Assembly: GCA_963664325.2 (NCBI GenBank)
Contig: CAXXDQ010000004.1
Span: 832,001 to 896,000, forward strand
DNA length: 64,000 nt
Source: Desulfomonilia bacterium
GTDB lineage: Bacteria; Desulfobacterota; Desulfomonilia; UBA1062
Reading direction: 5' to 3'
Of this stretch, positions 1 to 9,886 are shown in pieces. Made by a program: the position numbers and the translations under genes. Within the stretch, counting starts at the first letter, position 1, and every line of letters begins with the position of its first letter. Under the pieces are notes generated by a model. That model was not told where the DNA came from and did no database searches. It worked only from the letters and a program-made list of their open reading frames with translations.

Positions 1-1
1 C

Positions 2-370
2 GAGATTACTGCAACATTCCCTGCAGGCGTGGTCGGTAGCACACTGGACAACCTGAAGGCCTCGGCTGCCGGCGAATACCATGAATGGAGCGACCTGTAT
101 CCAGGGTTTGCCAAAATTGCCAGAGAAGAAGGCTTTGAAGCGATCGCCAAAATCTGGGATGCTGTTTCCGTGGCCGAGAAACAGCATGAAAAGCGCTATA
201 AGGACCTGGCTGCAAACATAGCTGCCGGGAAAGTGTTCAAAAAAGACACGAAAACGGTATGGCGCTGCAAAAACTGCGGTTATATACATGAGGGAAATGA
301 GGCTCCTGGCGCATGCCCAGCCTGTGCTCATCCCCAGGCATACTTCGAAGTCCTTGGTGAGAACTGGTAG
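2..370 (+). CDS. rbr: Rubrerythrin, 5'-truncated by the window edge
   Basis: ExxE/ExxH diiron motifs (GEYHE, EKQHE) and C-terminal rubredoxin-like WRCKNCG...CPACAHP; frame is open from the window start. Confidence 0.93.
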   Translation, partial: EITATFPAGVVGSTLDNLKASAAGEYHEWSDLYPGFAKIAREEGFEAIAKIWDAVSVAEKQHEKRYKDLAANIAAGKVFKKDTKTVWRCKNCGYIHEGNEAPGACPACAHPQAYFEVLGENW

Positions 371-381
371 GTTTAACAAGA

Positions 382-407
382 TAAGGACTGCCGCACGGCA
401 GTCCTTA
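382..407 (+). terminator. Stem-loop after rbr (terminator or processing hairpin)
   Basis: TAAGGACTGCC-GCAC-GGCAGTCCTTA perfect 11-bp stem; no clear U-tract. Confidence 0.5.
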
Positions 408-419
408 CATAAAACCCGA

Positions 420-986
420 ATGAAGAAAATACTCTTACTGGTTTTTATATCATGTCTGGCCACGGCTGGTTTGGTATGCGCAGACGATTTAAAATATTCA
501 AAAGAAATAGGGAGCATTAAACTCAATATCCCTGATGACCAGACCGTTAAAAATTATCTTGGCATAAAACAGAAAGAGGGACAGTTTACTCTCCCTCAAA
601 TCCGGCAGGGAATACTTATTGTTGAGATATTCAACATGTACTGTCCGCATTGCCAGCACTATGCACCAAAGGTTAACGAGGTTTATTCAAAAATAATTTC
701 CAGGCCGGATACAAAAGATAATGTATTAATGCTCGGTATCGGTGTCGGCAATTCGCCGTTCGAAGTTAATTTTTTCAGGAAAAAATTCAACATCGCCTTT
801 CCCTTGTTCGATGATAAGGATTACAGTGTTGCAAACAGGCTTGAAGGTTTGCTCACACCGCATTTTATTGTTATGATTATTGACGGAACAGGTGGTTACA
901 GGGTGGTTTATTCTCAAAGCGGCGGATTTGAAGATGCGAATGATTTCTTGAATAACATACTCAAGCTGTCTTTGGGGACAAAATAG
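420..986 (+). CDS. Exported thioredoxin-fold redoxin (TlpA/AhpC-TSA-like)
   Basis: Signal peptide MKKILLLVF..., EIFNMYCPHC CxxC motif, FPLFDD and cis-Pro-like TPHF; start moved to ATG 420. Confidence 0.8.
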   Translation: MKKILLLVFISCLATAGLVCADDLKYSKEIGSIKLNIPDDQTVKNYLGIKQKEGQFTLPQIRQGILIVEIFNMYCPHCQHYAPKVNEVYSKIISRPDTKDNVLMLGIGVGNSPFEVNFFRKKFNIAFPLFDDKDYSVANRLEGLLTPHFIVMIIDGTGGYRVVYSQSGGFEDANDFLNNILKLSLGTK

Positions 987-995
987 GAGGCATAT

Positions 996-1583
996 ATGAA
1001 GCGATCATTCCTGGTCGTATTCCTGATTTTGTTAATATCTGTTCCGGCTTTTTCTGCTTCTGAAGCCTTTAAGGGCAACATCTATGATCCCGGAACTCTC
1101 AAGCCTGTTGACAGCCGGACAACGCTTAAACCCGGAGACATGGCCCCTGATTTTGATTTGCCGGCAGTTTCCGGTGGCCGTATTAAGCTTTCCGATTACC
1201 GTGGGAAGAAAAATGTGGTTATATCTTTTGTACCTGCCGCATGGACGCCTGTATGTTCCGATCAGTGGCCGGGCTATAATATTGCAAAAGAAACCTTCGA
1301 TGCAAATGATGCAATTCTCATTGGCATCAGTGTTGATAACATCCCCACACTTTATGCGTGGACAAGGCAGATGGGTACGCTTTGGTTTCCGGTACTGTCC
1401 GATTTCTGGCCGCATGGGGCCGTTGCAAAGAGCTACGGCGTTCTCAGGTCGAACGGCGTATCCGAAAGGGCAATTTTCATAATCAACAAAAAAGGTTTAA
1501 TCACGTTTGTTGATGTTCACGACATTAACAAACGCCCTCCGCTTGAAGACATTGTCGGAGGTCTTGAAAAGATCAACAGATAA
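996..1583 (+). CDS. Exported peroxiredoxin (AhpC/TSA, AhpE-like)
   Basis: PAAWTPVC (PxxxTxxC) motif, LSDFWPHG, ERAIF; signal peptide. Confidence 0.9.
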   Translation: MKRSFLVVFLILLISVPAFSASEAFKGNIYDPGTLKPVDSRTTLKPGDMAPDFDLPAVSGGRIKLSDYRGKKNVVISFVPAAWTPVCSDQWPGYNIAKETFDANDAILIGISVDNIPTLYAWTRQMGTLWFPVLSDFWPHGAVAKSYGVLRSNGVSERAIFIINKKGLITFVDVHDINKRPPLEDIVGGLEKINR

Positions 1584-2068
1584 AATCTAGCGGAATATTA
1601 CTTCCATTTTATCTGATATTCCCATATTTGACCTGTCTGTATCCTGTTTAAGGCAGGATAACAGTATCAGCGGCTGCATTCTGCGCCGTATCAATAAGGA
1701 ACACCGGGGCTTGTAAGATATACAAGGCAATTCAAGAAATATTGTGGTTTCCTTTGGGGCGGCACAACCATGGCGCCAAAAGCGTTGTCAGGTCTGATAC
1801 GACACCGCTGCAGACTTTGAACACGGCAGAACTTCATTTCGTGCAGCAGCTGTATTGATATGTTTTCCGGTGGTCTTCTGTTTTCTTTTCGAGATTTTCA
1901 GCAGACTCAGTATCACAGCCTTTCTTGCAGAATTCATATTTTTCAGGTGCCTGCTTGTAAGCTTTTTCCGCTGAGTTCTCTTTACAGCCATATAATTGAC
2001 TCAACATCGTACATTATCCGGCTGTTAACTTTATTACAGTCGGGCTCAGAAGAACGGTATATGTTGCT

Positions 2069-2566
2069 TCATTCAAAAGATACGAATCTCTCTTTCTTTG
2101 CCGAACAGATCGGGCAGATATCCGGCAGTACGCCGTCAGACACGTAACCGCAGACATCGCACACATAATATGTTGTCTCGCGCTCTTCCATTACATGGTC
2201 CATCGCTTCCTTATAGAGCTTTGCGTGTATTTCTTCGACATCACGAGACTGGCTGAAATAAAGTGATGACGCCCTGTCGCCGACCTCTTCGGCCTTTTTT
2301 ATAAAATCGTCATATGCTACTTCGGCTACCCTTGTTTCGCTTTCGAAACTTTGCTTGAGATTATCCTCCGTGCTGCCGACGGCCTTGAGCAGCATTAAAG
2401 CACGCTTTCCATGGACTTCCTCGGAAAGGGATATAACCCTGAAAAGTTTTGCAAGCTGCGGATAACCCTCGGCCTCTGCCTTTTCCGCAAAGACCTTCAG
2501 CCTTAATGCCGCCTTTGATTCTCCTGCGTATGCGTCATGAACAGCCTTTTTTATCATATCATCCAT
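2069..2566 (-). CDS. Rubrerythrin family protein (short form)
   Basis: AYAGESKA, EEVH, EEIH diiron motifs; C-terminal CDVCG...CPICS. Confidence 0.9.
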   Translation of the reverse strand: MDDMIKKAVHDAYAGESKAALRLKVFAEKAEAEGYPQLAKLFRVISLSEEVHGKRALMLLKAVGSTEDNLKQSFESETRVAEVAYDDFIKKAEEVGDRASSLYFSQSRDVEEIHAKLYKEAMDHVMEERETTYYVCDVCGYVSDGVLPDICPICSAKKERFVSFE

Positions 2567-3371
2567 AAGCAGCCTCCTGATTTAATAGTTCCATGCATTC
2601 TTCGGGGATCCGCCCGTTCCATATACCGGGACGGGTCAGTGCAAAATCATATTTAAGCGGGTCGTCCGGATTTATCTTCCTGAAAAATCCGGTAATTTCA
2701 AGCGCGGTTTTCATATCAGCACTATTTCTTTTCGTGATGCCCAGATTTGAACATATTCTGAATATGTGCGTGTCAATGGGCATAACAAGCATTTTGGGGC
2801 TTATGGTGCTCCAGCATCCGGGGTCGACGTCATCTTTTCTGATCATCCATTTGAGATACAGGTTCTGCCTCTTGCATGCGCTCCCAGCAGAAGGCCTGGG
2901 TAGAAGGCTCTTGAATTCATAACCATCGGACAGGGCGTTAACAAACTTTTCCAGTGCAGGCAGGATATTGGTATCATTCGAGGATATGTTTGAAGCTATG
3001 CATGCCTCGATGGAGTCATGTGTTTTGATAACATTTCTTATACCATGAATAAGACCGGCGGTTTCTTTACCTGAAGTGAACCTGTGTTTGAAGGATGCAA
3101 GTATTTTTTGCAGGTCTTTTCTGTCGGAGTTCTCAACAAAGAGCCTCGGACTCTTGCCCATCAAATCAAGGATGGCCCCGACGCTTTTTAGTATCTGCGC
3201 AACCCTTCCGTATGCAAGGCACGATGCGATGAGTCCTACGATTTCCCTGTCCGGACCCATGGGATAACGGTATACAAATTCGAGAGGGTCCGGGTGGATG
3301 TACTGGTATCGATTATATGCCCGGTACAAACCCTCGAAAAATTCTTTTGACGGGGGATTGCATCCGGGCAT
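2559..3371 (-). CDS. TIGR02757/DUF2400 family protein (HhH-like)
   Basis: HPDPLEF, AYGRV, SACKRQNLYLKWMIR, PIDTH, DPLKYDFAL motifs. Confidence 0.85.
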   Translation of the reverse strand: MPGCNPPSKEFFEGLYRAYNRYQYIHPDPLEFVYRYPMGPDREIVGLIASCLAYGRVAQILKSVGAILDLMGKSPRLFVENSDRKDLQKILASFKHRFTSGKETAGLIHGIRNVIKTHDSIEACIASNISSNDTNILPALEKFVNALSDGYEFKSLLPRPSAGSACKRQNLYLKWMIRKDDVDPGCWSTISPKMLVMPIDTHIFRICSNLGITKRNSADMKTALEITGFFRKINPDDPLKYDFALTRPGIWNGRIPEECMELLNQEAAYG

Positions 3372-3401
3372 TATTAACGGGTCCTGTATGTCAGATAATA
3401 T

Positions 3402-4121
3402 TTATTCTGGTGAAAACTCATCTTTGCTGGCGCCGCATACCGGACAGGTCCACCCGGCCGGCAACTTATCAAAGGGTGTTCCTGCAGGAATTGAACCTTC
3501 GGCATCCCCTTTTTCCGGATCATAGATATAACCGCAAACTCCGCATACGTATTTCTGCATGTTTTCTCCTTTCTTTTTTTCATTTAGAGGCTCTTCCTTG
3601 GCGGGGGCGTCTCCTTTGTAAGTGGGAGCGGTTTTCGGCGCCTTGCCTTTTTTGACATCCTGATAAACGGCATAAGTTAACGGCGTTCCTTTCTTGAGGA
3701 CATCACAGTTGGCAATCTCTGCAATGAAGACCGTATGCGTGCCTGCATCCGCCTCAGCGACAACCTTTCCTTCCATCCATGACAGACAGTTTTCCGTAAC
3801 TATAGGACATCCGGTCTCACCTTTTATAAATTTTGCCTGGGAAAGCTTATCGGTTTCACGGCCCGATTTGAAGCCGAATATGCCGATAAACGGCAACGGC
3901 GCATCCTCTTCCAGAATAGATATCGCCAGCACGCCGCTTGCTTTTATGTATTCGTGAGTCAGGTTTTCCTTGTTTATGCTCACAGCCACCTTTGCAGGTT
4001 TGTTGCTCACCTGAAAAGCGGTGTTTGCGATCTGGCCGTTGGATTTGCCGCCGGATATGCTTGTGACTATGTATAAACCGTAGCTTATATCCCAAAGCGC
4101 CTTTGAATTGATCTCACCCAT
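3402..4121 (-). CDS. hrb: Flavin reductase-rubredoxin fusion (high-molecular-weight rubredoxin, Hrb)
   Basis: ISYGLYIV...GTHTVFI flavin reductase domain plus [10 protein letters not shown]...WTCPVCG rubredoxin; start overlaps the fprA stop. Confidence 0.9.
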   Translation of the reverse strand: MGEINSKALWDISYGLYIVTSISGGKSNGQIANTAFQVSNKPAKVAVSINKENLTHEYIKASGVLAISILEEDAPLPFIGIFGFKSGRETDKLSQAKFIKGETGCPIVTENCLSWMEGKVVAEADAGTHTVFIAEIANCDVLKKGTPLTYAVYQDVKKGKAPKTAPTYKGDAPAKEEPLNEKKKGENMQKYVCGVCGYIYDPEKGDAEGSIPAGTPFDKLPAGWTCPVCGASKDEFSPE

Positions 4122-5329
4122 TACACCTTCTCCTTGAGTTTTGAAGCAATGCTGAGGCCAAGCTGCCTGCATTGTTCTATTGTCTCAGCCTGTGGAACCC
4201 ATTTTGCCTTCAACGGGTCCGCCACAATGTCCACGCCTATTTCTTTAAGGTAAGCTTCAACCTGCGCGGGAGATTCTCCGCTCCATCCGTATGAGCCGAA
4301 AGCAGCTCCAATAAGGTTTTTGGGCTTCAGGCCTTTGATATAGGTAAGTACATCCGCCATGGACGGGAAGAGGTTATTGTTCAGTGTCGGTGCACCTGCG
4401 ACAACAGCACCAGCTTCAAGCAGCTCGTATGCGACATCACTTCGATGCGACGAATCCATTGAAATAAATTTAACCTTTGCCCCGCCTTCCACAAGCCCTT
4501 CCTCAATTGCGCGTGCCATTTTTTCAGTTGACTTCCACATGGTGTCATAGACGACAACTGTCTTCATTGTCGGCTTCTGGGTTGCCCAGTCCTGATATCT
4601 GCCGATTATGTGGGCGATGTCCTTGCCTCTCCATACCGGGCCGTGGTCGGGTGCAACAATCTCAAGTTCAAGACCGCTTGCCGTTATTGTTTCGATCAGG
4701 TTCAGTACCAGTTGAGAGTAGGGCAGCAGGATGTTAGCATAATATGTCGCGCCTTCAAATTCAACTAAGTCGGCAGGCAGTTCATCAGCAAACCGCTCAT
4801 CGCTTGCCAGATGCATTCCGAAGGCATCTTGTGAAAAGAGAAGTTTTCTTTCCTTGAGATAGCTGAACATGGAATCGGGCCAGTGAAGCATGCGCGTTTC
4901 AGTAAAAGATAGAGTCATATTGCCGAGACTGATTTCATCGCCGGTCTTCAATGAAGTGATATCGCGGTCAAACCCGAAATGCTCATTCAAGCCTTTTACT
5001 CCCATTACAGAGGCAAAGACCTTTTCCGGTTCCACTTCTCTGACTACTTCGGGCAGGCAGCCTGAATGATCCATTTCGGTATGGTTCGATATGATGATAT
5101 CGATCTTTTTCGGGTCGATTACCGAAGAGATGCGGCTCATAAGCTCATTCTTAAATGGCGCTTTTACCGTATCAATCAGCGTCACCTTGTCTGCCAGTAT
5201 CAGATATGCATTGTATGTGCTTCCTTTATGTGTCGTATAGCCGTGGAAATCTCTGATGTTCCAGTCAATGGCCCCTACCCAGAAAACGTTTTCGGCAATT
5301 TTTACTGCTTTGAAACCCGGCATCATCAA
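4121..5329 (-). CDS. fprA: Flavodiiron protein (FprA/ROO, O2/NO reductase)
   Basis: [27 protein letters not shown]; C-terminal flavodoxin domain with AFGSYGWSG. Confidence 0.95.
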   Translation of the reverse strand: MMMPGFKAVKIAENVFWVGAIDWNIRDFHGYTTHKGSTYNAYLILADKVTLIDTVKAPFKNELMSRISSVIDPKKIDIIISNHTEMDHSGCLPEVVREVEPEKVFASVMGVKGLNEHFGFDRDITSLKTGDEISLGNMTLSFTETRMLHWPDSMFSYLKERKLLFSQDAFGMHLASDERFADELPADLVEFEGATYYANILLPYSQLVLNLIETITASGLELEIVAPDHGPVWRGKDIAHIIGRYQDWATQKPTMKTVVVYDTMWKSTEKMARAIEEGLVEGGAKVKFISMDSSHRSDVAYELLEAGAVVAGAPTLNNNLFPSMADVLTYIKGLKPKNLIGAAFGSYGWSGESPAQVEAYLKEIGVDIVADPLKAKWVPQAETIEQCRQLGLSIASKLKEKV

Positions 5330-5357
5330 ATCTCCCTTTGCTCTGCAGTCATGCTGA

Positions 5358-5843
5358 TTATGCTATGGATTCTAGTTTACTGTTCAGCATGACGATGTGT
5401 TTCATCTCTTCACTGATGATTTCTTCAATAGCATCCTTTGCCATAGTCTCAGGAAGGGCCTTCTTAATGCCTGTATAAAAGAGTATGGAATTCTTCTCCG
5501 CATCGAGGGCCATTTTAAGAATTTCAGAAAGTGTGGTCTTTGCGCTCAACGCATCACACATGTTCGAGCCTTTAGCAAAAACTTTCCCTTCAGTGAAGGT
5601 ATGGATGTAAGCTGCTGCCATTTCATCAGGGTCATAACCCTTGAATGCATCGCTGAGTATGTCGGAACGCATTTTTTTGAATGTCTTTTCATGAGCGGCT
5701 TCCATTCTGGAAAGTCCCTCAAGCAGATTCTTCAAGTCTGCATCTGAAAAAAGGCCTGCCGCTTTTGTATAAAATGCAGTCCCCTGCTTCTCGATGTCTT
5801 CTGCCATTTCAAAAACTTCGTCAGCGTTAAAGTAAAGTTTCAT
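5358..5843 (-). CDS. Ferritin-like (rubrerythrin-domain) protein
   Basis: MAEDIE...[21 protein letters not shown] diiron pattern; no rubredoxin domain. Confidence 0.85.
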   Translation of the reverse strand: MKLYFNADEVFEMAEDIEKQGTAFYTKAAGLFSDADLKNLLEGLSRMEAAHEKTFKKMRSDILSDAFKGYDPDEMAAAYIHTFTEGKVFAKGSNMCDALSAKTTLSEILKMALDAEKNSILFYTGIKKALPETMAKDAIEEIISEEMKHIVMLNSKLESIA

Positions 5844-5873
5844 TTTTACCCCTTTATAAAGATATTCTTATTT

Positions 5874-6398
5874 CTAGGCCTGGGTATTCTGTCCCTGTAC
5901 CGGAGGAACAAATACCCTTTGTGCAAGTTCGCGGTCAAGCATCAGAATTCCATGGCCATTGTCTCCTATCAGGCGGAGTTCCTGTGCTATGCTGTCTGCA
6001 TTGGCCTCCTCCTCCACCTGCTCGTTGACAAACCATTGAAGGAAAGTGTTTGTTGCATGGTCCTTTTCCTTTACTGCAAGGTCAACAAGCGCATTAATAA
6101 GCCCGGTCACCTTCTGCTCATGCTTATAAGTTTCCTGGAAAATTGCCAGGGCTGACGCCCATTTGGTTGGTGGCCCGGCAATAACCTTGAGTTCAACCCT
6201 GCCGCCTCTGTCGATAAGAAAACCGTAAAATTTGTCTGCATGGGTGAATTCTTCAAGCGCCTGAACTCTCATCCAGTTGGCGAATCCCTTGAGATTCATG
6301 GCCTGGAACTGTGCGCTCATCGATATGTACAGATATGCAGAATACAGCTCGGCATTTATTTGAGAGTTAATGGCAATCTGCATTTTTTCACTTATCAT
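5874..6398 (-). CDS. ftnA: Non-heme ferritin
   Basis: QINAELYSAYLY, EEFTH, FLQWFVNEQVEEE; start after the AGGAGG SD. Confidence 0.93.
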   Translation of the reverse strand: MISEKMQIAINSQINAELYSAYLYISMSAQFQAMNLKGFANWMRVQALEEFTHADKFYGFLIDRGGRVELKVIAGPPTKWASALAIFQETYKHEQKVTGLINALVDLAVKEKDHATNTFLQWFVNEQVEEEANADSIAQELRLIGDNGHGILMLDRELAQRVFVPPVQGQNTQA

Positions 6399-6421
6399 GT
6401 GGACCTCCTTAATCGGTTTGT

Positions 6422-6796
6422 TTAGGCTTTCCAAAGGCCGTGCAGATTGCAGTATTCTCTTGCTGTGATCTCTTTGGCATCTATGCAGAAAACTGCCTCT
6501 GGCACTTCACCCGGATTTAAAAATTGCCTGTAGGCTTTTCCATCAGCTATGATCTCTATCCATTCTATATAATGTTTTTCCTCCATCGGGTGGGCAACCG
6601 AGCCTACTTTAACCTTGATTCCATGCTCGAGTACTTCGATTACAGGGACGTGCTTTTCTTTTGAAGCATCTACGGTGTTTTCCTGAAAGAGCTTCATAGG
6701 CTGGTGGCAGCATACGAGTTCACCTTTACCCTCATGCAAAATCTCCACAATATTGCCGCACAACTCACACTTGTAAATTTCAAGCTTCTTTGCCAT
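6422..6796 (-). CDS. dfx: Desulfoferrodoxin (2Fe superoxide reductase)
   Basis: YKCELCGN...[27 protein letters not shown]. Confidence 0.96.
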   Translation of the reverse strand: MAKKLEIYKCELCGNIVEILHEGKGELVCCHQPMKLFQENTVDASKEKHVPVIEVLEHGIKVKVGSVAHPMEEKHYIEWIEIIADGKAYRQFLNPGEVPEAVFCIDAKEITAREYCNLHGLWKA

Positions 6797-6817
6797 TTAT
6801 TACCTCCTTATATCTTT

Positions 6818-6836
6818 ATTAGTAATTGTTACTGTT
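6818..6836. promoter_or_regulatory. PerR-type operator upstream of dfx
   Basis: ATTAGTAATTGTTACTGTT fits the deltaproteobacterial PerR consensus AwnAGTAA-N3-TTACTnwT as I recall it; minus-strand TTGACA at 6855-6860. Confidence 0.75.
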
Positions 6837-6867
6837 AACAATATGATATCTCTATGTCAAGAATTTT

Positions 6868-7191
6868 TCAGTTGTTTATTTTTTCCCAAAGACTCTCATC
6901 TGTTGACTGCTTTATTTTTACTGCCAGCTTTCCTCCTGTTTCCTGTCTTGCGACTATACCGAACAGAGATATAGGGGTTGAACGGAAATATACCGCTGCA
7001 AGCCCACCCTCAAGATGAAGCACTTTCGAGTTGTTTTCAATATTATAAATATTTTTCAAGCAGATACCGCCAAGGCTTATGTTATCTATCTGTGCAAATT
7101 TTTGCATGGAGCCTTTTGTTGTGTTGATATGTATAAGCGCACTGTCCTCTAGGCTTTTCCTTGAATGCTCCCTTCTTTCGGTACTGTTCAT
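6868..7191 (-). CDS. PilZ domain protein
   Basis: ERREHSR (RxxxR) and DNISLGG (D/NxSxxG). Confidence 0.8.
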   Translation of the reverse strand: MNSTERREHSRKSLEDSALIHINTTKGSMQKFAQIDNISLGGICLKNIYNIENNSKVLHLEGGLAAVYFRSTPISLFGIVARQETGGKLAVKIKQSTDESLWEKINN

Positions 7192-7264
7192 TGCCTCATC
7201 CCCTTTTTGATGTTTTTCTTGTGATGACCTTTTCTGAAATTAAAGACCTATAAAATATTACCTT

Positions 7265-7465
7265 CCTATATACAAATCTGCGAAACATAAACCCTGCTTT
7301 TCCTGATTTCTTTGCATCATATAGCGCCTCATCGGCAAGTGCAATCAGCTGTTAGGGATTATCCTCTGAATTCTTTATAACGGATGCAACCTCTTTAAGG
7401 CATTCATCTCCAACAAGATGGCCATAACAGTCATTCATATTTTTAAAACTGTCAATATCAATCAT
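7265..7465 (-). pseudogene. Diguanylate cyclase (GGDEF) remnant
   Basis: [27 protein letters not shown] followed, out of frame, by LIALADEALYDAKKSGK; central GGDEF core absent. Confidence 0.8.
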
Positions 7466-7853
7466 CTCGCCTGGTACTGCTATCACTTCGGCAGGAGAGA
7501 GGCTGTCGTGCTGGTGAAATCTTTTGGTTCAAGCCGCTTCAATTGTAGAATATCCAGTTATACCTTAGTTTAAAGGGACCCTTTTTGGCAAAGTTTAATC
7601 CCATTAGGTCAAGATGCAATTTATTGTTCGGAGAATACCGGCTTCAATCTGGCTCAAAAAATAAGGGCCGGGAAAGAATATCAAGGACAGAATGAAAATT
7701 GCCGGACGATTTGTATCCTTTCCTGTTTGCATTCTTATGTATTGTTAATTTTAATTATATCAAAATACGATAAAAACTAAAATCTGCCTGTACATATTTG
7801 ATCTTTAATGATAAAAAACGCTTTCCGAAATGAAATAAGGACGGATATACAGA

Positions 7854-8069
7854 ATGGCAGCAGTTGGGAAAATAGTTATTGACAGATCATTATGCAAGGA
7901 ATGCGAGCTATGTGTATCGATATGCCCCGAAAAGGCAATAAACCTGTCAACCGAGATTAATTACAAGGGTTACCATCCCGCTGAATTTAAGAAGAAAACC
8001 TGTAGGGGATGCACTCTTTGTGCGATTATGTGCCCTGAGATAGCGATAGAGGTATTCCGTGAGCGATAA
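7854..8069 (+). CDS. 2-oxoacid:ferredoxin oxidoreductase delta subunit (2x[4Fe-4S])
   Basis: CKECELCVSICP and CRGCTLCAIMCP. Confidence 0.9.
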   Translation: MAAVGKIVIDRSLCKECELCVSICPEKAINLSTEINYKGYHPAEFKKKTCRGCTLCAIMCPEIAIEVFRER

Positions 8070-9123
8070 AGTACTGATGAAAGGTACAGATGCGATTGCC
8101 GAGGCTGCTGTAAGAGCAGGATGCAGGTGCTATTTCGGTTATCCGATCACCCCTCAGAATGAAATTCCCGAATACATGGCAAAAAGAATGCCTGAAGTGG
8201 GCGGAGTTTTTCTTCAGGGGGAAAGTGAAGTCGCTTCAATAAATATGGTTCATGGGGCAGTAGCGGCAGGTGCAAGGGCGATGACATCATCATCTTCACC
8301 CGGTATAAGTCTCAAGCAGGAGGGATTGTCATTTCTCGCAACACAGGAACTGCCGGCCGTTATAGTAAACATAATGCGTGGAGGACCGGGATTAGGCAAT
8401 ATTGCGCCCAACCAGGGAGATTACTATCAGGCTACACGGGGAGGCGGTCATGGTGACTACAGAATGCCTGTGTTTGCACCTGGCTCGATACAGGAACTGT
8501 ACGACCTGACAATGAATGCATTTGATATTGCCGACAAATATCGCTCCCCGGTCCTTATTCTTGGAGACGGGATGCTGGGGCAGATGATGGAGCCGATAAT
8601 CATCCATGAAAAGCCCAGCGTCGAACTTCCTCCCAAAGATTATATACTTGACGGGGCCAAAGGGAGGCCAGGTAGAGTTCTTAAATCGCTCATCCTTAAT
8701 GTCAGGGGTATGGAAGAACATAACTGGAAACTGAAAAGAAAATATGACCTGATGAGGCAGGAGCTTCCTCTTTGTGATGAATACATGACTGAGGATGCAA
8801 AGCTTGTAGTAGTCGCATACGGCACAGCTGCCAGAATTGCAAAAGGTGCAGTGAAAAGGGCAAGGGCCGGAGGACTTCAGGTAGGACTGTTCAGGCCGGT
8901 GACCTTGTGGCCTTTCCCTGATAACGCTTTGATAGAAATCGCAAAAAAAACAAAGCTGTTCCTTGTTTTTGAAATGAGTACAGGGCAAATGATCGATGAC
9001 GTCAAACTGGCTGTCGGAAATAGGACTGAATGCGAATTCTATGGCAGGCCGGGCGGTGTTGTTGCTGCGCCTCAGGAGATACAGAGAATTATCGACAGGT
9101 TGTGGCTGCAGAAGGAGTTGTAG
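8059..9123 (+). CDS. 2-oxoacid:ferredoxin oxidoreductase alpha subunit (Vor/Kor type)
   Basis: YFGYPITPQ, ESE, MTSSSSPG, RGGPGLG. Confidence 0.93.
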   Translation: MSDKVLMKGTDAIAEAAVRAGCRCYFGYPITPQNEIPEYMAKRMPEVGGVFLQGESEVASINMVHGAVAAGARAMTSSSSPGISLKQEGLSFLATQELPAVIVNIMRGGPGLGNIAPNQGDYYQATRGGGHGDYRMPVFAPGSIQELYDLTMNAFDIADKYRSPVLILGDGMLGQMMEPIIIHEKPSVELPPKDYILDGAKGRPGRVLKSLILNVRGMEEHNWKLKRKYDLMRQELPLCDEYMTEDAKLVVVAYGTAARIAKGAVKRARAGGLQVGLFRPVTLWPFPDNALIEIAKKTKLFLVFEMSTGQMIDDVKLAVGNRTECEFYGRPGGVVAAPQEIQRIIDRLWLQKEL

Positions 9124-9876
9124 GTGGAAAAGATTTTTTCAAGACCTGTTTGCATGAAACCAGCGCCCTTTCATTATTGTCCGGGTTGCGGGCATTCAAT
9201 AATTCACCGTCTTGTAGGAGAGTTGATTGACGAAATGAACCTGCAGGAAAACATTGTGTGTGTGCCGCCATGCGGATGTGCGGTTCTTGCATATGATTAT
9301 TTCGATATTGATATGGTAGAAGCCGCACACGGTAGAGGTTGTGCTGTAGCAACTGGCATCAAGAGGGCGAATCCGAGTCTTATGGTTTTTACATACCAGG
9401 GTGACGGTGATATATCGGCAATCGGCACGGCTGAAACCCTGCATGCTGCAAACAGGGGAGAACTCATAACCAGCATATTTGTCAACAATGCAGTATATGG
9501 CATGACGGGAGGACAGATGGCTCCTACGACGATGCTGGGCCAGAAGACAACGACATCCCCTGCCGGAAGAAGTGCCAGGGTTGAAGGTTATCCCCTTAAG
9601 ATGACCGAGTTGATCGCTCAACTTGAGGGTTCTGCTTATGTGGCAAGAAATTCTTTAGCTACTCCTGCCAAAGTCAACGCGACGAAAAAATCCATTAAAA
9701 AGGCATTCGAGATACAGCAGCAGGAACTTGGTTTTTCGCTTGTGGAAGTCCTTTCTCCTTGTCCGACAAACTGGAAAGTTAATTCACTGGAGGCATTTAA
9801 ATATCTTGAAGATGTCATGGAAAAGGAATTTCACCCCGGAGTATTGAAGGATATTACTAAAGACAGAAAGGCTTAG
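9124..9876 (+). CDS. 2-oxoacid:ferredoxin oxidoreductase beta subunit (TPP-binding)
   Basis: YCPGCGH, GDGD...NN, YGMTGGQ, CPTNW. Confidence 0.93.
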   Translation: MEKIFSRPVCMKPAPFHYCPGCGHSIIHRLVGELIDEMNLQENIVCVPPCGCAVLAYDYFDIDMVEAAHGRGCAVATGIKRANPSLMVFTYQGDGDISAIGTAETLHAANRGELITSIFVNNAVYGMTGGQMAPTTMLGQKTTTSPAGRSARVEGYPLKMTELIAQLEGSAYVARNSLATPAKVNATKKSIKKAFEIQQQELGFSLVEVLSPCPTNWKVNSLEAFKYLEDVMEKEFHPGVLKDITKDRKA

Positions 9877-9886
9877 AGCATCTGAT

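Noticed and set aside
1786-1799. GTCA-GGTC-TGAT SECIS-like hairpin
   Set aside because: No UGA at a suitable distance upstream on this strand
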